From Eledone cirrhosa (lineage: Eukaryota), in NCBI GenBank assembly GCA_964016885.1, contig OZ024742.1, forward strand, positions 323,640,001 through 323,704,000: a DNA stretch of 64,000 bases. Reading direction: 5' to 3'. The notes under the pieces were generated by a model that was given only the letters and a program-made list of their open reading frames with translations, made no database searches and was not told the DNA's origin. The translations under genes were made by a program, and so were the position numbers. This document shows, one piece after another, positions 52,765 to 64,000 of this stretch. Each line of letters begins with the position of its first letter. The stretch's first letter is position 1.

Positions 52765-53390
52765 GTAAGTCTTTCATTTTTTTTCTCTTTTCCATTCTTC
52801 TTTTTTATCTTTATCTTTATCTTTTTTTCCTTTTCTTTTCTTTTTCTTTGCCCCCCCCCTCCTTTTTTTCTTCTTTTTCTTTACCTAATTTAGTCAACCA
52901 AAGACTATGAGTAGCAATTCCACTTCATTGTCTTGCAGCAATAGAAAGGAGCTGGAGCATGAAGAAGGGTGGGAAATCATCATCATCACCATTTAACATC
53001 TATTAGCCATGCTTGCATGGGTTTGGATGGGTTGTCACATACTCAGGCTAGTTAAATCAGGTGGCCATGGCTTGCTCATAGAGTCCAACACTTGCTAACA
53101 AGGAAAACATATCTTAAATGGTAATAATGATGATGATTGTTATGTTGTTCACTGAGGTCGATTTAATTGACTTTCCTCTTCCCTTCAAATTGCCAAAAGT
53201 AGAAAAATTATCATCATTGGGACGGTGAATTGGCAATATCGGTTCAATTTCAGACAATATGCTTTATGGCATATAGTTACGTCCCTTTACGTTCTGAGTT
53301 CACATACCTCCAAGGTCAGCTTTGCCTTTCATCCTTATGGTGGTCAATAAAATAAAGTACCAGTAATGCACTAGGATCTATTTTATCTAC

Positions 53391-55240
53391 TCGAAGTTCT
53401 TGTTCACTCAAAGCAGAAGCCTCACTCTCCAGTTGGTCCTCTTCGCAATCCCCACACAAGCCAGGTTACTGACGACCCCAAGGAATGCGCAGAGCTCATT
53501 GCTGAATGCTATGCAGGCATTTTCACTATTGAAGACCAGAGTGTACCGTCTCCACCACCTATGACACCGGACTCTATTACAACCATGGAATTTACACTTG
53601 CAATGCTGCGACATCACCTAAAAAATAAACGCAACCATGCCTCTCCTGGTCTTGATGGTGTTACGTACCTGCTTCTTAAATGTGGTGGGTACTTCCTTCT
53701 GCACCAGTTATCACGCTTCTTCCAATTCTGTCTGAACAACGGTGCTACTCCAGAACAGTGGAAAACTGCCAGTGTCATTCCTCTGTTCAAAAAGGGTGAC
53801 CGCACATCACATGTGAACTATCGTCCAGTCAGTCTTACTAGTTGCATCGCCAAACTGATGGAATCCTGTGTCAGAGAAACACTTTGGAACTTCTGGAGCT
53901 CTCACAGTCTTATCCGGCCCTCGCAATTAGGATTTATCCCCAACTCCAGTTGCTGTGATCAACTTATCGAGTTTCTTGAAGACATCACCCGGATCACTGA
54001 TGGTGGCTCATGGGTGGATGTTGTTTACCTTGACTTTGTGAAAGCCTTCAATTCTGTGCCACACAAAAGGCTTATGGCAAAACTCTCTGCAATGGGTGTG
54101 AAGGATGATCTTTTTAACTGGTTGAAGTCCTTCATTCTCAGTCGAAGAGAGGTAGTCACGGTTCTGGGACAGCATTCCTCACCATATGAGATGTCATCTG
54201 GTGTATCACAAGATCTGTTCTTGGCCCCCTTTTGTTTGTGGCATATATTAATGACATAGATGCCAACTTAAAGAATGCCACGGTACTAAAGTACGCAGAC
54301 GACATCAAGCTGTACCTTGAGATAAAAAGGACATCCTGAACACTATAGATCTTGCTTGCAGTTTGACCTGGACACAATGCAACAATGGATCTCAGACTGG
54401 CAACTCAAGCTAGCTGTGGACAAGTGCACCACCAGGCATTTTGGGAGTAAAAACCCAGCGTCCACAGCACTAATATCAAGAAGTCTTCTTGTGAACGTGA
54501 CCTGGGCATTACGGTCAGCAGCAATTTGCGTTGGACGAAGCACGTCTCTAAAATTGTCAAGAGGGCCGAGGGTGTCTTAGCATCACTCAGCAAGACCTTT
54601 GCCAGCCGCTCTCCAGATATCTATTTAAGGCTGTACATGGCTATTGTGCGGCCACACTTAGAATTTGCATCACCGGTCTGGAACCCCTTTCTTGCTCAGA
54701 ACATTGACCACCTGGAAACTGTTCAGAGACGTGCAACCAAGCGAATACCCTACATCAGGCATCTACCATACTCTGAACGCCTTGCTTCCCTGGGCATGGA
54801 TACATTGAAGCTCCGACGCCTGGCAACTGACTTGGTAAACACCCACAAAATTGTTAACCATGTTGCCAACAACAACCCTGAGTACCTTTTTGATTTCCAT
54901 GTGTCTAACACACGTGGACATGCCCACAAAGTCAGAAAACAGCACAGTTCTCATGACTTTCGAAAACATTTTTTCACGCTCAGATTTGCTGAAGCATGGA
55001 ACAAACTACCTGCATCAGTTGTTAGCTGTCGAGACACTGCATCCTTTAAGGCCTCCATGCTTCCCGAGATTCGCCAACACTACAGCTAATGTTTCCCCTC
55101 CATACACATACACACATGTATATCATGACTCATACACTATTCACTTCCCTGACATTTGTGTATTATTCTATGTACTATACATACACCTTTGACGAGTTGT
55201 AGTGCACCTGAGCACTTTACACAATAATTTCATTATTATT
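53391..55240 (+). mobile_element. 5'-truncated CR1/L2-group LINE (RT pseudogene)
   Basis: PGLDG, NYRPVSLTS, YLDFVKAFNSV, YADDIKL, RPHLEFASPVWNP, FFT.R..EAWNKLP over frameshifted ORFs; (ATT)n tail. Confidence 0.92.
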
Positions 55241-55318
55241 ACATTCCCCTCCCCCACATTGTTGGATTTGTGTCTACATCAAAAACTATTATTATTATCA
55301 TCATCTTTTTATTTTTAG

Positions 55319-55410
55319 TGAAAGATTTTGTCGAGATATGTTCATGTCCTTATAAAGCTGCTGAAGCTGCTCATGCTGTAGTTATATGTACAGAATGGGA
55401 CGAATTTGTG
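55319..55410 (+). CDS. UGDH: UGDH coding exon 10 (gene continues beyond window)
   Basis: KDFVEICSCPYKAAEAAHAVVICTEWDEFV; 92 nt; donor GTAAGT. Confidence 0.94.
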
Positions 55411-55599
55411 GTAAGTTGCAGTTTTTTTTTTTTTTTTAGAGAATTGAGGTCGATTGACTTTATCTATATTGTAAACTTAGAAATAAAACAGCCTGCTCAC
55501 ATACATGAGGGTGTCTGTGAAACGTATGCACATACACAAGGTCCGAACACAAAAGTACCAAACTCCCACTACCTCTGTGACAAACACACACGACCGCCA

Positions 55600-58500
55600 T
55601 GTACAACACACTACTACCATCTACAACACACTACTTCCATCTACAACACACTTCCGCCATCTACTACACACTACCTCCATCTACAACACACTACTGCCAT
55701 CTACAACGCACTACCGCCAACTACAACACACTACTGCCATCTACAACACACTTCTGCCATCTACAACACACTACCTCCATCTACAATACACTACTGCCAT
55801 CTACAATACACTACTGCCATCTACAACACACTTCCGCCATCTACCACACGCTACCTCCATCTACAACACACTACTGCCATCTACAACATACTACTGCCAT
55901 CTACAACACACTACTTCCATCTACAACACACAACCGCCATCTATAACACACTACTGCCATCTACAACACACTACTGCCATCTACAACACACTACTGCCAT
56001 CTTCAACACACAACTGCCATCTACAACACACTACCGCCATCTACAACAGACTACTGCCATCTACAACACACTACCGCCATCTACAACACACTACTGCCAT
56101 CTATAACACACTACTGCCATCTACAACACACTACTGCCATCTACAACACACTACTGCCATCTACAACACATTACCTCCATCTACAACACACTACTGCCAT
56201 CTACACCACACTACCTCCATCTACAACACACTACCGCCATCTACAACACACTACCGCCATCTACAACGCACTACCGCCATCTACATCGCACTACCGCCAT
56301 CTACAAAGCGCTACTGCCATCTACAACACACTACTTCCATCTACAACACACTACCGCCATCTACAACACACTACCGCCATCTACAAAACACTACCGCCAT
56401 CTACAACACACTACTTCCATCTACAACACACTACTGCCATCTACAACACACTATCGCCATCTACCACACACTATCGCCATCTACAACACACTACTGCCAT
56501 CTACAACACACTACTTCCATCTACAACACACTACTGCCATCTACAACACATTACCTCCATCTACAACACACTACTGCCATCTACACCACACTACCTCAAT
56601 CTACAACACACTACCGCCATCTAAAACACACTACAGCCATCTACAACACACTACCGCCATCTACAACGCACTGCCGCCATCTACATCGCACTACCGCGAT
56701 CTACAAAGCGCTACTGCCATCTACAACACACTACTGCCATCTACAACACACTATCGCCATCTACAACACACTACTGCCATCTACAACAAACTACCGCCAT
56801 CTACAACACACTACTGCCATCTACAACACAATTCCGCCATCTACCACACACTACCTCCATCTACAACACACTACTGCCATCTACAACACACTACTGCCAT
56901 CTACAACACACTACTGCCATCTACAACACACTACCGCCATCTATAACACATACTGCCATCTACAACACACTACTGCCATCTACAACACACTACTGCCATC
57001 TTCAACACACTACTGCTATCTACAACACACTACCGCCATCTACAACAGACTACCGCCATCTACAACACACTACTGCCATCTATAACACACTACTGCCATC
57101 TACAACACACTACTGCCATCTACAACACACTACTGCCATCTTCAACACACTACTGCCATCTACAACACACTACTGCCATCTACAACAGACTACCGCCATC
57201 TACAACACACTACTGCCATCTACCACACACTACCTCCATCTACAACACACTACCTCCATCTACAACACACTACTGCCATCTACAACACACTACCGCCATC
57301 TACAACACACTACTGCCATCTACAAAGCACTACTGCCATCTACAACACACTATCGCCATCTACAACACACTACCGCCACCTACAACACACTACCGCCATC
57401 TACAACACACTACCGCCATCTACAAAACACTACCGCCATCTACAACACACTACCGCCATCTACAAAACACTACCGCCATCTACAACACACTACCGCCATC
57501 TACAACACACTACCGCCATCTACAACACACTACCGCCATCTACAACACACTACCGCCATCTACAACACACTACTTCCATCTACAACACACTACTTCCATC
57601 TACAACACACTACTTCCATCTACAACACACTACATCCATCTACAACACACTACTGCCATCTACAACACACTATCGCCATCTACAACACACTACTTCCATC
57701 TAGAACACACTACTTCCATCTACAACACTATCGCCATCTACCACACACTACCTCCATCTACAACACACTACTGCCATCTACAACACACTATCGCCATCTA
57801 CAACACACTATCGCCATCTACAACACACTACCGCCATCTACAACACACTACCGCCATCTACAACACACTACCGCCATCTACAAAACACTACCGCCATCTA
57901 CAAAACACTACCGCCATCTACAACACACTACCGCCATCTACAACACACTACCGCCATCTACAACACACTACCGCCATCTACAACACACTACCGCCATCTA
58001 CAACACACTACTTCCATCTACAACACACTACTTCCATCTACAACACACTACTTCCATCAACAAAACACTACTGCCATCTACAACACACTACCACCATCCA
58101 CAATACACTACCTCCATCCACAACACACTACTTCCATCTACAACACACTACCGCCGTCTACAATGCACTCCCGCCATCTACAACGCACTACCGGCATCCA
58201 CAACACACTACCACCATCTACAACACACTATCGCCATCTACAACACACTACTTCCATCTACAACACACTACCGCCATCTACAACACACTACCGCCATCTA
58301 CAAAACACTACCGCCATCTACAACACACTACCGCCATCTACAACACACTACTGCCATCTACAACACACTATCGCCATCTACCACACACTATCGCCATCTA
58401 CAACACACTACTGCCATCTACAACACACTACTTCCATCTACAACACACTACTTCCATCTACAACACACTACTGCCATCTACAACACATTACCTCCATCTA

Positions 58501-61500
58501 CAACACACTACTGCCATCTACACCACACTACCTCCATCTACAACACACTACCGCCATCTAAAACACACTACAGCCATCTACAACACACTACCGCCATCTA
58601 CAACGCACTGCCGCCATCTACATCGCACTACCGCGATCTACAAAGCGCTACTGCCATCTACAACACACTACTGCCATCTACAACACACTATCGCCATCTA
58701 CAACACACTACTGCCATCTACAACAAACTACCGCCATCTACAACACACTACTGCCATCTACAACACAATTCCGCCATCTACCACACACTACCTCCATCTA
58801 CAACACACTACTGCCATCTACAACACACTACTGCCATCTACAACACACTACCGCCATCTATAACACATACTGCCATCTACAACACACTACTGCCATCTAC
58901 AACACACTACTGCCATCTTCAACACACTACTGCCATCTACAACACACTACCGCCATCTACAACAGACTACCGCCATCTACAACTCACTACTGCCATCTAT
59001 AACACACTACTGCCATCTACAACACACTACTGCCATCTACAACACACTATCGCCATCTACAACAGACTACCGCCATCTACAACACACTACTGCCATCTAC
59101 CACACACTACCTCCATCTACAACACACTACCTCCATCTACAACACACTACTGCCATCTACAACACACTACCGCCATCTACAACACACTACTGCCATCTAC
59201 AAAGCACTACTGCTATCTACAACACACTATCGCCATCTACAACACACTACCGCCATCTACAACACACTACCGCCATCTACAACACACAACCGCCATCTAC
59301 AACACACTACCGCCATCTACAACACACTACCGCCATCTACAACACACTACTTCCATCTACGACACACTACTTCCATCTACAACACACTACTTCCATCAAC
59401 AAAACACTACTGCCATCTACAACACACTACCACCATCTACAATACACTACCTCCATCCACAACACACTACTTCCATCTACAACACACTACCGCCGTCTAC
59501 AATGCACTCCCGCCATCTACAACGCACTACCGGCATCCACAACACACTACCACCATCTACAACACACTACCGCCATCTACAACACACTACTTCCATCTAC
59601 AACACACTACCGCCATCTACAACACACTACCGCCATCTACAAAACACTACCGCCATCTACATCACACTACCGCCATCTACAACACACTATCGCCATCTAC
59701 AACACACTACTGCCATCTACAACACACTACTGCCATCTACAACAGACTACCGCCATCTACAACACACTACTGCCATCTACAACACACTACCGCCATCTAT
59801 AACACACTACTGCCATCTACAACACACTACTGCCATCTACAACACACTACTGCCATCTTCAACACACTACTGCCATCTACAACACACTACCGCCATCTAC
59901 AACAGACTACTGCCATCTACAACACACTACTGCCATCTATAACACACTACTGCCATCTACAACACACTACTGCCATCTACAACACACTACTTCCATCTAC
60001 AACACACTACTTCTATATACAACACACTACTTCCATCTACAACACACTACTTCCATCTACAACACACCACTTCCATCTACAACACAGTATCGCCATCTAC
60101 AACACACTACCGCCATCTACAACACACTATCGCTATCTACAACACACTACCGGGATCTACAACACACTACCGCCATCTACAACACACTACTGCCATCTAC
60201 AACACACTACCGCCATCTACAACACACTACCGCCATCTATAACACACTACCGCCATCTATAACACACTACTGCCATCTACAACACACTACTGCCATCTAC
60301 AACACACTACTTCCATCTACAACACATACTTCCATCTACAACACACCACTTCCATCTACAACACACTATCGCCATCTACAACACACTACCGCCATCTACA
60401 ACACACTACTGCCATCTACAACACACTACCGCCATCTACAACACACTATCGCTATCTACAACACACTACCGGCATCTACAACACACTACCGCCATCTACA
60501 ACACACTACTGCCATCTACAACACACTACCGCCATCTACAACACACTACCGCCATCTATAACACACTACTGCCATCTACAACACACTACTGCCATCTACA
60601 ACACACTACTGCCATCTACAACACACTACTTCCATCTACAACACATACTTCCATCTACAACACACCACTTCCATCTACAACACACTATCGCCATCTACAA
60701 CACACTACCGCCATCTACAACACACTATCGCTATCTACAACACACTACCGGCATCTACAACACACTACTGCCATCTACAACACACTACTGCCATCTACAA
60801 CACACTACCGCCATCTACAACACACTACCGCCATCTATAACACACTACTGCCATCTACAACACACTACTGCCATCTACAACACACTACTGCCATCTACAA
60901 CACACTACTTCCATCTACAACACATACTTCCATCTACAACACACCACTTCCATCTACAACACACTATCGCCATCTACAACACACTACCGCCATCTACAAC
61001 ACACTATCGCTATCTACAACACACTACCGGCATCTACAACACACTACCGCCATCTACAACACACTACTGCCATCTACAACACACTACCGCCATCTACAAC
61101 ACACTACCGCCATCTACAACACACTACCGACCGCCATCTACAACAGACTACCGCCATCTACAACACACTACTGCCATCTACAACACACTACTGCCATCTA
61201 CAACACAATATCTCCATCTACAACACACTATCTCCATCTACAACACACTACTGCCATCTACAACACACTACTGCCATCTACAACACACTACCGCCATCTA
61301 ACACACACTACCTCCATCTACAACACACTACCTCCATCTACAACACACTACTGCCATCTACAACACACTATCGCCATCTACAACACACTACTGCCATCTA
61401 CAACACTCTACCTCCATCTACAACACGTTACTTCCATCTACAAAACTCTACCTCCATCTACAACACACTACTTCCATCTACAACACACTACTTCCATCTA

Positions 61501-64000
61501 CAACACACTACCTCCATCTACAACACACTACCTCCATCTACAACACACTACTTCCATCTACAACACACTACTTCTATATACAACACACTACTTCCATCTA
61601 CAACACACTACTTCCATCTACAACACACTACTTCCATCTACAACACACCACTTCCATCTACAACACACTATCGTCATCTGCAACACACTTCTGCCATCTA
61701 CAACACACTACCGCCATCTACAACACACTACCGCCATCTACAACACACTACCGCCATCTATAACACACTACTGCCATCTACAACACACTACTGCCATCTA
61801 CAACACACTACTGCCATCTACAACAGACTACCGCCATCTACAACACACTACTGCCATCTACAACACACTACTGCCATCTACAACACACTACTACCGTCTA
61901 CAACACACTACCATCTACAACACACTACCTTCATCAACAACACACTACCACCATCTACAACACACTACCACCATCTACAACAAACTACTGCCATCTTCAA
62001 CACACTACTGCCATCTACAACACACTACTGCCATCTACAACAGACTACCGCCATCTACAACACACTACTGCCATCTACCACACACTACCTCCATCTACCA
62101 CACACTACCTCCATCTACAACACACTACTGCCATCTACAACACACTACCGCCATCTACAACACACTACTGCCATCTACAAAGCACTATCGCCATCTACAA
62201 CACACTACCGCCATCTACAACACACTACCGCCATCTACAACACACTACCGCCATCTACAAAACACTACCGCCATCTACAACACACTACCACCATCTACAA
62301 AACACTACCGCCATCTACAACACACTACCGCCATCTACAACACACTACCGCCATCTACAACACACTACCGCCATCTACAACACACTACCGCCATCTACAA
62401 CACACTACTTCCATCTACAACACACTACTTCCATCTACAACACACTACATCCATCTACAACACACTACTGCCATCTACAACACACTACTGCCATCTACAA
62501 CACACTACTGCCATCTACAACACAATATCTCCATCTACAACACACTATCTCCATCTACAACACACTACTGCCATCTACAACACACTACTGCCATCTACAA
62601 CACACTACCGCCATCTAACACACACTACCTCCATCTACAACACACTACCTCCATCTACAACACACTACTGCCATCTACAACACACTATCGCCATCTACAA
62701 CACACTACTGCCATCTACAACACTCTACCTCCATCTACAACACGTTACTTCCATCTACAAAACTCTACCTCCATCTACAACACACTACTTCCATCTACAA
62801 CACACTACTTCCATCTACAACACACTACCTCCATCTACAACACACTACCTCCATCTACAACACACTACTTCCATCTACAACACACTACTTCTATATACAA
62901 CACACTACTTCCATCTACAACACACTACTTCCATCTACAACACACTACTTCCATCTACAACACACCACTTCCATCTACAACACACTATCGTCATCTGCAA
63001 CACACTTCTGCCATCTACAACACACTATCGCTATCTACAACACACTACCGCCATCTACAACACACTACCGCCATCTATAACACACTACTGCCATCTACAA
63101 CACACTACTGCCATCTACAACACACTACTGCCATCTACAACAGACTACCGCCATCTACAACACACTACTGCCATCTACAACACACTACTGCCATCTACAA
63201 CACACTACTACCGTCTACAACACACTACCATCTACAACACACTACCTTCATCAACAACACACTACCACCATCTACAACACACTACCACCATCTACAACAA
63301 ACTACTGCCATCTTCAACACACTACTGCCATCTACAACACACTACTGCCATCTACAACAGACTACCGCCATCTACAACACACTACTGCCATCTACCACAC
63401 ACTACCTCCATCTACCACACACTACCTCCATCTACAACACACTACTGCCATCTACAACACACTACCGCCATCTACAACACACTACTGCCATCTACAAAGC
63501 ACTATCGCCATCTACAACACACTACCGCCATCTACAACACACTACCGCCATCTACAACACACTACCGCCATCTACAAAACACTACCGCCATCTACAACAC
63601 ACTACCACCATCTACAAAACACTACCGCCATCTACAACACACTACCGCCATCTACAACACACTACCGCCATCTACAACACACTACCGCCATCTACAACAC
63701 ACTACCGCCATCTACAACACACTACTTCCATCTACAACACACTACTTCCATCTACAACACACTACATCCATCTACAACACACTACTGCCATCTACAACAC
63801 ACTATCGCCATCTACAACACACTACTTCCATCTAGAACACACTACTTCCATCTACAACACTATCGCCATCTACCACACACTACCTCCATCTACAACACAC
63901 TACTGCCATCTACAACACACTATCGCCATCTACAACACACTACCACCATCTACAACACACTACCGCCATCTACAACACACTACCGCCATCTACAAAACAC
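55600..64000. repeat. 20-bp tandem satellite (CTACAACACACTACTGCCAT)n, over 400 copies, intronic, runs off the window end
   Basis: Unit read directly; higher-order duplications of about 1.3 kb. Confidence 0.98.

Noticed and set aside
55505-59942. Long Thr/His/Tyr-rich ORFs as mucin-like genes
   Set aside because: Translations of a 20-bp satellite, open in several frames, inside a UGDH intron

Overview
Eukaryotic, AT-rich, repeat-dense DNA. The SINE families, RTE/R4/CR1 LINEs and (TA)n/(ATC)n tracts look like coleoid cephalopod (octopus) sequence; this is inferred, not searched. One host gene runs on the + strand: UDP-glucose 6-dehydrogenase (UGDH), with 10 coding exons from 7478 to 55410 (about 421 aa, all GT-AG, phases consistent); the C-terminal exon(s) lie beyond the window. 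The gene is bracketed by a 28-bp satellite (1-4500) and a 20-bp satellite (55600-64000). Its 27.4-kb intron 2 holds a pile-up of RTE-clade LINEs inserted in (TA)n tracts. The most striking feature is an intact antisense RTE (1120-codon APE-RT-PHD ORF) whose 5' region is 11.8 identical 505-bp monomers. These monomers lie inside the target-site duplication, and the element's 5' end falls exactly on a TCT-initiator/5'-TOP motif, suggesting a LINE with a tandem-monomer promoter. Also present are three Penelope-type hammerhead ribozyme motifs, a perfect 61-bp-arm palindrome, two 5S rRNA-derived copies, a SINE sharing the RTE 3' tail, and several MITEs.
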